From positions 1 to 59,885 of the IMG/VR virus record IMGVR_UViG_3300017970_000002: a DNA stretch of 59,885 nt, one strand, 5' to 3'. This DNA is from a virus. Its lineage: Duplodnaviria > Caudoviricetes. Shown here piece after piece: positions 46,912-56,772 of this stretch (its first letter is position 1; each line of letters opens with the position of its first letter). Below the pieces are notes generated by a model, which searched no databases, was not told where the DNA came from, and worked only from the letters and a program-made list of their open reading frames with translations. The translations under genes were made by a program, and so were the position numbers.

Positions 46912-47229
46912 TTACGAGCCTAGGGCCTCGCAGGACTCGTCGGTCGAGATCAAAGCAGGCGTCGTGACGCACTCGCTTGTCGGCGGAAGTGAGCATTCGG
47001 CTGGTGGTGTGTTGCCTTGTGTTGGCGTCGGCGGTGTAGAAGGCGTGGGTGGTGGCGTCGTGCTGGTGAACGGGAACTCGATCGCGATCTGGGTGACCCG
47101 CATCTCGGCTTGGGCGGAGAAACCAGGCTGATTGGCGATCTCGATAGCGGCTTGGGTCACGCGCATCTGCTGCGCGTTGCCGCCCTGACGGAGGGTCTCG
47201 GTGCGGATCTGGCATATGCGAATAGGCAT
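46912..47229 (-). CDS. Small structural protein with three R(V/I)xQ repeats and Pro/Thr linker
   Basis: IRICQIRTE, MRVTQAAIE, MRVTQIAIE. Confidence 0.65.
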   Translation of the reverse strand: MPIRICQIRTETLRQGGNAQQMRVTQAAIEIANQPGFSAQAEMRVTQIAIEFPFTSTTPPPTPSTPPTPTQGNTPPAECSLPPTSECVTTPALISTDESCEALGS

Positions 47230-47349
47230 TCTAGTGGCGCGATTTCAGCATCGACATCCGGTGGTTAATAGACAGACGCCCAATTCCCATACCCTCACCG
47301 GAGTTACCTGCGCGCCACCTCGCACAACAACCAAGCTCAGGATAGCATG

Positions 47350-48387
47350 TCAGTCAATAAGCTGATAGCCCCACTGAGTCGCATTGCAGACCGCAGGTGT
47401 CCATGCGTCGGTCGTCAGCGGGTTGACATCGAAGCAGTTCCGGTAATCGATGTAAGTCTCGTTCACATAGCGACCAGATGAGTCGGCAACGCTGTCTACG
47501 CCTCCATACCGCGTAACAAGGGATAGTGCGCGGTTCCCGGTATCTGACTTGCGCGCCAGAATGTTCGTCTGGATCGCAATGACGTTCCGATTCGGATTAA
47601 CCGTCTGGAAGTAGTACGTATCGATCGGATAGGGACCGGACGACGGCGCGACTGACCACACGTAGGACGCGTCGCCGAGTGGCGGGTTGTTATTGACCTC
47701 GCTCCAGTTCGATCCGCTCAACGGAGTCCATTGCGTATAGTCACCAGCCGACGCCGAGTAGATCACGCCGATTGCCACGTCGCCGAGGAAGCCATTGAGC
47801 ACTGGATTCCCATCGGTCACGTACACGTCGTCAACGAATACTAGCGCGCTGCCACCAGGTCCGTATATGGAGAACGCGTCTCCTACGTTATCGCCATTCG
47901 GGCTTGTGTCACCGGACACGCTCAAGACCACCTGCCCATTGATCCGCAGGATCACCGAGCCTCCGGTCTTGTTGACCACGAACATGCACTCTACGTAGTA
48001 GTAACGCCCGAGCGTAATCGCTACGGATGGGTCGGTAGTACCAAGCAACGCACCGGGGTTGAAGCCGCTCGGGCCGCCGAACACCGAGATCGTCCCGTCC
48101 GCGTTAATGAGCCACTGGACTTGGATCGTGCCGAGGTGCTGGATCGTCACGCCGCCGCCGTACGCCTGCCAGTTGAATGCGCCGCCCACCGTCCATGTCG
48201 ATGAGTTCTCAATCGTGACGAATGCGCCAAGTCCAGTGAATTGACCACATTGCGGACCGGTGCGTGCCTGCGTGTTGTTCAGGACCAGACCTTGTAGCGA
48301 GTTGCCAAAATTCGAGACCGATGTCCATTTCGACTGGAGATAGGCATTGTCGTAATGGTCGAACGAATCCGCAAAAATGAGCGCCAT
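47350..48387 (-). CDS. LamG-like tail/fibre protein (paralog 1)
   Basis: 'L.F.DSFD.Y','YYYVE','DDVYV.D','NP.T...WT'. Confidence 0.75.
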   Translation of the reverse strand: MALIFADSFDHYDNAYLQSKWTSVSNFGNSLQGLVLNNTQARTGPQCGQFTGLGAFVTIENSSTWTVGGAFNWQAYGGGVTIQHLGTIQVQWLINADGTISVFGGPSGFNPGALLGTTDPSVAITLGRYYYVECMFVVNKTGGSVILRINGQVVLSVSGDTSPNGDNVGDAFSIYGPGGSALVFVDDVYVTDGNPVLNGFLGDVAIGVIYSASAGDYTQWTPLSGSNWSEVNNNPPLGDASYVWSVAPSSGPYPIDTYYFQTVNPNRNVIAIQTNILARKSDTGNRALSLVTRYGGVDSVADSSGRYVNETYIDYRNCFDVNPLTTDAWTPAVCNATQWGYQLID

Positions 48388-48388
48388 A

Positions 48389-49510
48389 TCAGCTCAGTGT
48401 CCCGACGATCTCGCCATTGTGGGTATTGTGCACCCCGTATAGCCTGACAAAGAACGCAGTTGGGTGCGCTACCTGGCCGATACCCCAGTACGATGCGTCA
48501 AAGATCGGCCCAGTCCACGGATGGTTTGTCAGTGGATTCAGCTCGTAGATGAAGAACCACGGGCTATAGGCAGTATTCGGCTCGTACGTATCCGCGTTGT
48601 CGTCGTAAGGCGTGCCATCGATCGAGATGTAGGGCTGCGCCCATTCATCGCCCACTGTCGAGCGCGTCTGGTGCACAAGCAGAATAGCGAGGATGTCATC
48701 AGTCGTGGCTAAAGTCGGCGAGAGTGTGTAGTCGTCTACGTTCCCGATACCTGGCGACTGGTTGTACGCGGTATCGTCGGATGCTGGTATCTGATGCACG
48801 TTCTGCCAGTTCTCGTTTGTGGCCGGGAACGGAGACCATTCGTCCACGTCACCTTCGGCGCTTGTAATCGAGCAGATCACCGAGGAGTCTCCAGCGGCGG
48901 TAGTCAACCCATTTCCGTCGTCTGGATTCACGAGATAGAAGTCGTCAAACAGGTTAATCGAGCCACCAGGTGCACCCATGAGATAGACCCATTCGGCACC
49001 CGGCAACGGCTGACCCTGCGTCGCCAGATACCCGCTGTACACGAGCACCCCGTCGATCCAGATCTCATTGAGTGCGCCACCCTCGTTGAACCCTGTGCGC
49101 CACTCGATGTAATGATAGACCTCGGGCTGAATCAGCGGACCATTTGGGCTCGTCGTCGCTAGGATCGCCCCGTTGGTCGTTTGCTGAATACTCAGCGTGC
49201 CATCGAGTAACGCGTTCAACTGGCACTGATACTGGCTGCCAAGGACTTGAGCGAACGCGCAGATCGGCGTATCCGGTGGCCCAGTGTTGGTCCAGAACGC
49301 GAACCCTACGATCACGTCAACAAGGATCGCTCCCATGCTCCGCGCCACACCGCCAGGGCGAGGTGCCATGGCACCAGGCCCAGTACGCGCAGGCGCATTT
49401 GGCAGATTGGTAGCGATATTGGCGTTGCCGACGATCGACTGGTCCTGCCAGTACTCAGTAAGCTCGCTGGTCACGTAGCCATCGAATGAGTCGATCAGGA
49501 GGATGCTCAT
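48389..49510 (-). CDS. LamG-like tail/fibre protein (paralog 2)
   Basis: Same motifs as paralog 1. Confidence 0.75.
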   Translation of the reverse strand: MSILLIDSFDGYVTSELTEYWQDQSIVGNANIATNLPNAPARTGPGAMAPRPGGVARSMGAILVDVIVGFAFWTNTGPPDTPICAFAQVLGSQYQCQLNALLDGTLSIQQTTNGAILATTSPNGPLIQPEVYHYIEWRTGFNEGGALNEIWIDGVLVYSGYLATQGQPLPGAEWVYLMGAPGGSINLFDDFYLVNPDDGNGLTTAAGDSSVICSITSAEGDVDEWSPFPATNENWQNVHQIPASDDTAYNQSPGIGNVDDYTLSPTLATTDDILAILLVHQTRSTVGDEWAQPYISIDGTPYDDNADTYEPNTAYSPWFFIYELNPLTNHPWTGPIFDASYWGIGQVAHPTAFFVRLYGVHNTHNGEIVGTLS

Positions 49511-52443
49511 ATGATCGCCCCCATACGCCGGGATTGGTCGCCGAACGGCTGCACGATCTTATACGGATCACGCCGCCCCCATGGCCCTACGCGCAACGAG
49601 CAGTCCTTGTGGAACAGTCGGAACGGGATCGTGGAGGTTAGTGCGTAATTCACGATCTTGCCCTTCATCGGCTGAAGGACTTGATAGAGCTTCTGCTGGA
49701 ATACCGCGCCTTGTGTCGTCGCCGGGAAGGTGTAGTTAAACACCGCGCCGTCGTCGTAGCGCGTCACTCCAAGATTCACGGCTGCGGAGGCGATTAGCGC
49801 GAGATATGCGTCCCGATGATGGAAGAACTCGGTGAAGTCGTGCGTTGTCGGCTGCGTAATCCAGTTGAGTGCGAGGTCCGGCGCAGGCTCCCAGATCCAA
49901 CGGATCTTGAACAAGCGCCACATGTCAGGATCGGTGGGAAGGATGCGGATCAGGCGCGAGATGAACGGAGAGGTGAACGAGAACGGCTGCTCTTGCCGGT
50001 TGGTAGCAGTGAACGCAAAGGTCTGCGCGAGGATACCACCACCGTCGAATTGTACCTGAAGCGAACGTGTGATCCCGAGCGTGTCCCCCTCGATGTAAAA
50101 GCCTTGGAAGAACTTCGCGCCAGGGTAGCCATCGTCGGTCCAGTTCGATGCGCGCAGAATCGTCAGCTCGGGCATCGGCTCGTAGCTTGGTTCCCATGTG
50201 AAGAATGCAGGCCGTCCAATAGAAGTCGTCCACGAGATGTCGAGGCCAATCGACATCGCGTACTGGCCCTCGCCGTTATTGATGTCGATGATCGACTGAC
50301 GCCGCCCGTTGAGGTTCGTGCCCGCGAGCGTCTCAACCGAAAAGTAGAGATACTGATCGAAGCCACAATCGATCATGAGCGTCTCGCACTGTGAGTCGTA
50401 ATCCAGCCAGACATCACCCCAGAGCTTGCGTGGACGCGGGTCCTTGGCGCTCACGGCGATCGTGCGGATGTGCCCGAATATCCCGACGCCGTTGTCGGTC
50501 ACGTTCGCCGAGTACTGGTAGGACATGCCATTGGCTGCGCCCATGTAGCACTCGTGGATGCCTTCGCCTGTGACAATTGAGTCGCCGCCTTCGCCCGCGT
50601 AGTGCATCGTTATCGGTGGGGTGTAAGTATCGCGCGAGACCCAAGCACCAGTTTGTGTGTTGTGGACCAGAGTACGCCGCGTGCCGGACTGATCGATATA
50701 GTCGTAGTAGAGAAAGCCGTCCACATACTCCAGCCGCTGTGCCGTCTCCATCGTGTCATCTGGCGGTGAGAACGGCCCGCCGACACCGTAAGGAGTCGCC
50801 TGCTGACCATCTGCTACGAATACCTGGCCTTCGCCCAGCCCGGACTCGTGCGGGAATATTGAGTACATGCTCGCGTCGGTGATTGAGGTCGGCGCGCCGC
50901 CATTCGTCAGGTAGATCCCATCGCGCGCACGGAAATAGATCCCAAGTGGCCCAACAGCGATCGCCCATCGCATGTAGAGCCCCTTCGAGTTAGGGATCTC
51001 GATCGCGATGAAGTCCGTCGCTGAGCCGAAGGTCGGGTAGATCTGGAAGCAGCGCTCGGATGAGAACACGTAGGGATTACCACCCCACATGCAACCGTTC
51101 TGAAGCGGTTCGGACGGCTGCGTGATATCGAGGACGTTCGAGTCGGGCGCGCACTCAGGCCGGTTGCCCTTGGTCCAGTGGAGCGCGCCAAGGCGGTAGA
51201 TATCGCCCACCGCGAACACGAAGGTACCGGACTCGCCACCGCCATATGGCCCCCAGATGAACGGGAGCGGTACGTGCCATATCTCAGGGGATGGCATCAG
51301 GAAGGTGCCAGAGGTCGCGCCTGCCGGTGTCTCGACGAGTTCGACGGTCGTCGCAGAGGTCGGCGCGCGGTAGAACGTGTACGCTTGGCCCCCCACGAAG
51401 ATCGCATTACCGTAACCAAAGTAGGGCTGATCGAGGTCGGCTGGGTTGTACCATTTGAACTGCGCAGCGGAAGTGATTGTGAGGATCGCGCCGCCTTGGG
51501 CCTGTGGGGCAAGCGTACACGTGCCCGTGAGTCCTTGGTCAAAGGTTGGGAATGGCTGGAAATCGTCTGTATCCATCAACGGCTGGTTCGCGGCTACTGC
51601 ATCGTTGAAGGTGTCAGTCACGGTCGAGCCAGCATAGTTCGAGCATGAGCCGATGTAGACCCAGTTAGTGAGGGAGCCGCCGAATCGGAACACATCGAGG
51701 TAGACCACGGCAGGATCAGGATGCGCTGTGACGATGGTGACCACAACGTTCGCGCCCATGGGGGATACACCGGTCGGAGTGCCTGTCGCGGACAGATTGC
51801 GCATCGACGGGCCGGTGTTCCCATATTCGCCGGTTTGGATGTCGCCCGCCTTGCGCCCACGGTAGCGATAGACGTAGGGGACGCCAGTCGTGCCAACGTT
51901 CGGCCCGTTAGCGTTAGCGGCGCCGATCGCGGCGGTAGGTGGATCGTTAGGAGGCGACACCCCATACTGGAACGGCTGCACGTTTGAGGACGTAATCCGC
52001 ATCTTCGCCGAGTCGCCGATAATCATCCACGGACGCGGGCCGAACGACGGCTTGAAGATCAGGAGCGCGAGGGGATTGCCACTGTAGCCGTTGTCCACCA
52101 GATTGCTACACGAGGGAGGGTTGCCCGAGGTGTAGTTGCCAGAGCGGAGTTCGCTGCCATCACCCTTGAACAACACCTGCTCGGCGAATGCAGCCGGAAA
52201 CTGAGGAGGCGGCGGAATCGGATCGTTCAGCAGCTTCATCGAAGTGATCGGATTCGCCGCTGCGTAGGTATCCGCAGGCATGATCGACGGGCGGCCTAGA
52301 ATCTGCTCTTCGCCGTACGGGCGCACGTTTTCGAGCATCCTGTACATGCCCGCGCCCATGCGATCGACTGGAGCTGAGAGGTTGATGCCATGGCAGACGA
52401 ACGGCTGAAGATCCCGTTTCCATTTGGAGGTGTCAACCGGCAT
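49507..52443 (-). CDS. Tail hub/nozzle (tail tubular protein B / P22 gp10-like)
   Basis: 978 aa beta-propeller-like; 'GINL','ENV','GIYF..RDGIY.TNG'. Confidence 0.7.
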   Translation of the reverse strand: MPVDTSKWKRDLQPFVCHGINLSAPVDRMGAGMYRMLENVRPYGEEQILGRPSIMPADTYAAANPITSMKLLNDPIPPPPQFPAAFAEQVLFKGDGSELRSGNYTSGNPPSCSNLVDNGYSGNPLALLIFKPSFGPRPWMIIGDSAKMRITSSNVQPFQYGVSPPNDPPTAAIGAANANGPNVGTTGVPYVYRYRGRKAGDIQTGEYGNTGPSMRNLSATGTPTGVSPMGANVVVTIVTAHPDPAVVYLDVFRFGGSLTNWVYIGSCSNYAGSTVTDTFNDAVAANQPLMDTDDFQPFPTFDQGLTGTCTLAPQAQGGAILTITSAAQFKWYNPADLDQPYFGYGNAIFVGGQAYTFYRAPTSATTVELVETPAGATSGTFLMPSPEIWHVPLPFIWGPYGGGESGTFVFAVGDIYRLGALHWTKGNRPECAPDSNVLDITQPSEPLQNGCMWGGNPYVFSSERCFQIYPTFGSATDFIAIEIPNSKGLYMRWAIAVGPLGIYFRARDGIYLTNGGAPTSITDASMYSIFPHESGLGEGQVFVADGQQATPYGVGGPFSPPDDTMETAQRLEYVDGFLYYDYIDQSGTRRTLVHNTQTGAWVSRDTYTPPITMHYAGEGGDSIVTGEGIHECYMGAANGMSYQYSANVTDNGVGIFGHIRTIAVSAKDPRPRKLWGDVWLDYDSQCETLMIDCGFDQYLYFSVETLAGTNLNGRRQSIIDINNGEGQYAMSIGLDISWTTSIGRPAFFTWEPSYEPMPELTILRASNWTDDGYPGAKFFQGFYIEGDTLGITRSLQVQFDGGGILAQTFAFTATNRQEQPFSFTSPFISRLIRILPTDPDMWRLFKIRWIWEPAPDLALNWITQPTTHDFTEFFHHRDAYLALIASAAVNLGVTRYDDGAVFNYTFPATTQGAVFQQKLYQVLQPMKGKIVNYALTSTIPFRLFHKDCSLRVGPWGRRDPYKIVQPFGDQSRRMGAII

Positions 52444-52651
52444 CCGACATAGCCTCCAGCTTCAGGGTACGTTCAACTGCGCGTTTAGCTGAATCAATGT
52501 CACGGAACCGCCCACAGGTGAACGCGGAAGTACCCACGTAAGCCAGCCAGCAGCACCCCTTCTTTACGATGCGCCCGACGATCTGATTCGCGCCGTCATA
52601 ATAGACGAACTCAGTCATGTAATTGACCCAGCGCGGCTTGCCGTCTCGCAT
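52433..52651 (-). CDS. Hypothetical protein
   Basis: 'F....SAKRAVE' small phage protein. Confidence 0.55.
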   Translation of the reverse strand: MRDGKPRWVNYMTEFVYYDGANQIVGRIVKKGCCWLAYVGTSAFTCGRFRDIDSAKRAVERTLKLEAMSDAG

Positions 52652-52652
52652 G

Positions 52653-54017
52653 TTACCTTCGCCTCGGCCCATCGCTGACGGCCCCTTCCATCTCCGCTGA
52701 CAAATGCTCCTTCTCGGTCATGACCTCGCGCTTGACCTGCTTCATCTCGCGGCGGCCCCGGTCATGCTCGTCCTCGGGGAATCGCGAGAAGGCGCGCCAC
52801 CGCTCATTCTGCTTGCGGGCCAAGGCCACCATCCGCTCGTAGGCGGGGAGGGTTGCCAAGAACTCCGCTCCCCCCATCTTAAACGCAGCGAGGTGCTCAG
52901 CGTAGTCGGTGATTACGTCCAGTTCCTCGCGACCGACTTGGATGAGGTCAGTGGCGAGGACGGGCACCGGCATGTTGCGCAGGAGATCGAGCTGGATCGA
53001 GTGCGCGGCGGTGTTCGGAGGATCAGCTACCGCGAGCATGTTCATCCCAGCGAGGCCAAGGATCGAGGGCGGCGCCGGGGTGTTGTTCTGCCAGCCGGAG
53101 TAGGCCGTGTCCATGTCGAAGACCGAGTTGATTGGGACGTTATTCCCATCGATTGCGCCGGTGATCGCCGTTGTCGAGAGCTTCGCGAGGCGCACACCTT
53201 CGATCCAGCGCTGTTGGCAGTATTTTGCCCGCGTAGGGTCAGAAGCTTGGCCATCACGGGTCAGCAGATCGGCCAGCGCGCCCCATTTGACGACCCACGA
53301 GAAGTCATCCGGGACGCCAAGGACCACACCGACTGAGGGATTGAGCGCCGCACCAGCGTTGATTGACAGCAAATCTAGTGAACCAGGCAGGACCGGCGTC
53401 GGTATCATCTGGGTCACGACCGGCGCAGGCTCGACCACGGAATAGCCACTCGGCGAGCCGGGTGCCGTCCACCAGCCGTAATCGAACGAATTCGCCTCGG
53501 ATTCAGAGCTACGCCACATGAGTGTATACGTACCTGTCGAGTCTAGGTAGGCCATGCGCCGTACATCTATCACGTAATCAGGTAGTTGCAGGCGGTTGGT
53601 CTGCGCGCCAGGGACCATTTGCTGTGTAACGACCGAGCCGGTTTCGAGCAGGAACTGATCGCGGCGCTTCTGGAGCGCGTTCACCAGGTCCTGGTTCGTG
53701 AACATCTCGGAACCGGAGTAGGTCGCGGTCGGCGGTTCGAGCAGGTGATACTCGATCTCCTCGAACAGGTAGGTATCGGTTACGGTGTAGGGGACGAGCG
53801 TACCGGTTTGCGTGCTGAGGTTATACCAAACGACGTTATCAGTCGTGTTGAACGAGAACCGGTCACGGTACCATGCTGCCATGGCATTCCAGGTGCGAAG
53901 GGCATCCTGGATGTACACGGTAAGTTCGGCGCTAGCCCAGAAAACATTGTTAGGGTCCTGGAGACGGAGAGCGAGATCGGTAAGGAGCTGGGACAGGGGG
54001 TAATATGCATAAGGCAC
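52653..54017 (-). CDS. Adaptor / tail tubular protein A-like with duplicated domain
   Basis: 'RLQDP...FW..AEL..YI..A' N-terminus; internal repeat of the fold. Confidence 0.65.
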   Translation of the reverse strand: MPYAYYPLSQLLTDLALRLQDPNNVFWASAELTVYIQDALRTWNAMAAWYRDRFSFNTTDNVVWYNLSTQTGTLVPYTVTDTYLFEEIEYHLLEPPTATYSGSEMFTNQDLVNALQKRRDQFLLETGSVVTQQMVPGAQTNRLQLPDYVIDVRRMAYLDSTGTYTLMWRSSESEANSFDYGWWTAPGSPSGYSVVEPAPVVTQMIPTPVLPGSLDLLSINAGAALNPSVGVVLGVPDDFSWVVKWGALADLLTRDGQASDPTRAKYCQQRWIEGVRLAKLSTTAITGAIDGNNVPINSVFDMDTAYSGWQNNTPAPPSILGLAGMNMLAVADPPNTAAHSIQLDLLRNMPVPVLATDLIQVGREELDVITDYAEHLAAFKMGGAEFLATLPAYERMVALARKQNERWRAFSRFPEDEHDRGRREMKQVKREVMTEKEHLSAEMEGAVSDGPRRR

Positions 54018-54018
54018 A

Positions 54019-55437
54019 CTACCTAATCTCCTTGGTCGAAACCACGTAGATGTAGTTCATTGCCGTGGCCCCGGACGACGCGTAGGTGAACGTGAACGTG
54101 ATCGCCTGAGACGCAGCCGAGGCGATGGTCACGCAGCCATTGAGCACCGCGCCAGACGAGTTCCCGGTGTATGCCTGGAAGTTAGGAACGTTCGCCGCGA
54201 TCAGGCCTGTGGTTGAGCGCGCCGAGCCATCGTTCCACGAGAAGGTCGGTGTGAGCGAGGACGAGGAGGTCGCTGCCTGGGTGACCACGGCGTAGTAGCA
54301 CAGCTCGAAGATCCCGGCTGAGGCGGGCGTGAACATTGTCGTCGGCCCGACCGTCGCGGATTGGGATGAAGACAGCGCCGGGGAGTAGAGGATCGGCGGC
54401 ATCCCTTGGCCGGTTAGGGTCAAGGAGTTGTAGGCACTGAACGGGCCGGTCGTTCCGGGGCACACACCAGAGCCACCACCGATAAGTGGGTTGCCAGAGA
54501 CCAGCAGCGACGAACTTGCAACTGTAGTCGCGCCTGTGTAACAAGGTACGCCGCCTGAGGTACCAGACGACAGGCCAGTCCCGCCGTTCGCGACCGAAAT
54601 TGGCGTCGTCACCGAACAAATCGAGCAGGCAGTCCACGAGATGCCGACACCTGAAGAGGTGTTTCGCGTCAGGAAGTAACCATTCGTGCCACCAGCGAGG
54701 CGAACCGGCACAGTCCCATTGAACACGATCAAATCGCCTACGGTAGTCAGCGGTGATAGTGCGGCGAATGCGGCTGAGGCTGTAGTCTGCCCAGTGCCAC
54801 CGAGCAGGATGCCGACCGTGCCCAAACTGACCGTGCCACTGGAGTTAGCCAATGGAGAGCTGAAAGTCAATGCCGACTGCTTGCTGTTGAACGTCGTCCA
54901 ATCCGAGGAGGCGAGGAACCCATTAGTCGAGCCATTCGCCTGCGGCAGGTTGATCTGGACAGTGTTCGACGAGGGTGTGGTCACTGTGATCGGCTGCCCA
55001 GACGCGCCTTGGATCGTAATCGACGGCCCAGTCTGCGAGTTGATTGACGTGATCCCCGAGACCCCGCCATTATCAAACAGCAGGATATCCGGGAACGACA
55101 GGCTCACAGTCGGGCTGGAGTTCGTGCAGGTTACGTCGTACCGGCCATTTGCTGCATAGAAGAACCACGAGCCATCCGAGCCTGCCGTGAACGGATTCGC
55201 CTTCGACGTGCCAGTGTTGTTCGAGTAGATCGTCGAGAGGGTAAGGGTTGCATGGTTGTAGACCGATACAGTGACCGAGGGGAAGGTCTGCTGCCAGTAA
55301 TTCGAGGACGAGATCCCGGCCGTTGTGACCGTATTCCCGCCCTGCTGACACCAGCCAGTCGCCTGCTCATTCGCATCGACGCGGAGAGACACGAGGAGGG
55401 CGACTGGCAGTAACCACAGTTTAGCAGACCGGAACAC
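54019..55437 (-). CDS. Tail fibre/spike protein
   Basis: 'ANPFTA..DG.W.FYAANGRYDV' anchor; 'GFLASSDWTTFNSKQ', 'GGTG' fibre motifs; Ser/Thr-rich. Confidence 0.8.
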   Translation of the reverse strand: MFRSAKLWLLPVALLVSLRVDANEQATGWCQQGGNTVTTAGISSSNYWQQTFPSVTVSVYNHATLTLSTIYSNNTGTSKANPFTAGSDGSWFFYAANGRYDVTCTNSSPTVSLSFPDILLFDNGGVSGITSINSQTGPSITIQGASGQPITVTTPSSNTVQINLPQANGSTNGFLASSDWTTFNSKQSALTFSSPLANSSGTVSLGTVGILLGGTGQTTASAAFAALSPLTTVGDLIVFNGTVPVRLAGGTNGYFLTRNTSSGVGISWTACSICSVTTPISVANGGTGLSSGTSGGVPCYTGATTVASSSLLVSGNPLIGGGSGVCPGTTGPFSAYNSLTLTGQGMPPILYSPALSSSQSATVGPTTMFTPASAGIFELCYYAVVTQAATSSSSLTPTFSWNDGSARSTTGLIAANVPNFQAYTGNSSGAVLNGCVTIASAASQAITFTFTYASSGATAMNYIYVVSTKEIR

Positions 55438-55439
55438 GT

Positions 55440-55724
55440 TTAGTTGCCGCTCGGACGGTTCCTGCGATTAACAGCTCCCTTCGCCACAAGGGTGTTGCCA
55501 AATGGTGTCTCGAACTTCTCGGGATTCGGCGTCAGTGGCCCGACCTGCTTTCCCTCGCCCTCGAAGAACTTGCACGGGATGGTATCCTTGCCCATCGAGT
55601 GCGGCTTTTCAAACGGCGGACGATTCTTGTCGAACCCGCCAGTCACGCCCTTCGTACCGGGGGTCTTTGCAAAAACACCCTCGCACGAGCCAAAGGGCGT
55701 ATTGATTGGTGTACGCTGCGACAT
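55440..55724 (-). CDS. Basic hypothetical protein
   Basis: AAGGAGG SD. Confidence 0.65.
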   Translation of the reverse strand: MSQRTPINTPFGSCEGVFAKTPGTKGVTGGFDKNRPPFEKPHSMGKDTIPCKFFEGEGKQVGPLTPNPEKFETPFGNTLVAKGAVNRRNRPSGN

Positions 55725-55734
55725 GTTTGCCTCC

Positions 55735-55812
55735 TTAACGCTTCTTGCCACCTCGGCCCTTGCCGTAGGCGCGCTTCTCGCTCATCATTCCCTTCAACGA
55801 ACCTTTTGCCAT
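55735..55812 (-). CDS. Basic micropeptide, 25 aa (MAKGSLKGMMSEKRAYGKGRGGKKR)
   Basis: Hand-translated; AGGAGG SD. Confidence 0.65.
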   Translation of the reverse strand: MAKGSLKGMMSEKRAYGKGRGGKKR

Positions 55813-55821
55813 TGTAGCCTC

Positions 55822-55998
55822 CTAGGGCAGCACCGCTGGATGCAACCCACTGATCTGCACGTCAACGTCGTAGGCGATCATGCGCGCGTAGTTATCGGAT
55901 ACCGAGCGCGCGTAAGCCTTCCCCGTACCCTGTTCAATCAGGTAATCGTACAGCCCCTGTCGCGTTTCCTCGATGAGATGCTTCGCCTCTTTATGCAT
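55822..55998 (-). CDS. Hypothetical 58-aa protein
   Basis: Hand-translated; GAGGAGG SD. Confidence 0.55.
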   Translation of the reverse strand: MHKEAKHLIEETRQGLYDYLIEQGTGKAYARSVSDNYARMIAYDVDVQISGLHPAVLP

Positions 55999-56008
55999 GC
56001 ATCCTCCT

Positions 56009-56434
56009 CTACAGATGATAGAACCTTACGGCGTCGATCTGCACGGTCATTTTGTCCGCCGCGAACCACGAATCCTTCCCTCGAATCGCATCCAGTTCTG
56101 CCGGATCGAAGCTCTCATAATATACCGCGCCATCGGTCGGGTCATCCCCCGGCGACTCGGCTATGGCTAGGATCTCCTGCCACGCCTGCCAGTCAAGCGC
56201 GGTCGCGGGATTTGGAAACTTCGTAACATTCGGATCTGTGGCATTGAACGACGAGAACTGCCACGGTTGGAGCACGACGCCGATGAGGGTAGGACGGAAA
56301 ATAGGCCTACCGACACGGTTTTGCAGGACCCACCAGATCCCGCGCCGCGCGTCAATGGACTGGTTACGTGCCTCGCGCCAGACGCACAGCGCCGCGAGGA
56401 AGTATGGATAGTAGTCATCGAGGATTGTGGACAC
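56009..56434 (-). CDS. Cell wall hydrolase, SleB/Hydrolase_2 family (endolysin candidate)
   Basis: 'WREAR.Q','V..NRV','QFSSFN','DPTDGAVYY'. Confidence 0.9.
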   Translation of the reverse strand: MSTILDDYYPYFLAALCVWREARNQSIDARRGIWWVLQNRVGRPIFRPTLIGVVLQPWQFSSFNATDPNVTKFPNPATALDWQAWQEILAIAESPGDDPTDGAVYYESFDPAELDAIRGKDSWFAADKMTVQIDAVRFYHL

Positions 56435-56769
56435 TAGCTTCCAACTCCCAGTATAGGCAGGTACCGGGCGGCGCCACTAGTCGGAGGCGGCGGCACGGAA
56501 CCTGCGAAAAGCACACCGATGGGCCGTTGCACATAGATCTCAGCCGGTTCCTGTTCGTACATCCGCTTCAGCTTCAACCACGACACATCGACAGGCGCAT
56601 ACGTCCAAGGCAGTAGCACTCGCCGCTGCACAATGTCATCGAGTGCAGGCTCATCCAAGCCACGCCGCACCCGTTGCCACGGAAGCGCGTCAGCCTCGGA
56701 CCCCGGTATCCAAGCACTCTTGCACCTACCGACGTTCTCTTGAATGACGAACTTGTACTTCTGGATCAC
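56434..56769 (-). CDS. Hypothetical protein
   Basis: Coupled ORF. Confidence 0.55.
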   Translation of the reverse strand: MIQKYKFVIQENVGRCKSAWIPGSEADALPWQRVRRGLDEPALDDIVQRRVLLPWTYAPVDVSWLKLKRMYEQEPAEIYVQRPIGVLFAGSVPPPPTSGAARYLPILGVGS

Positions 56770-56772
56770 TGG

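Noticed and set aside
45582-49510. Diversity-generating retroelement from paralog pairs
   Set aside because: No reverse transcriptase seen; both copies are coding and differences are not adenine-specific
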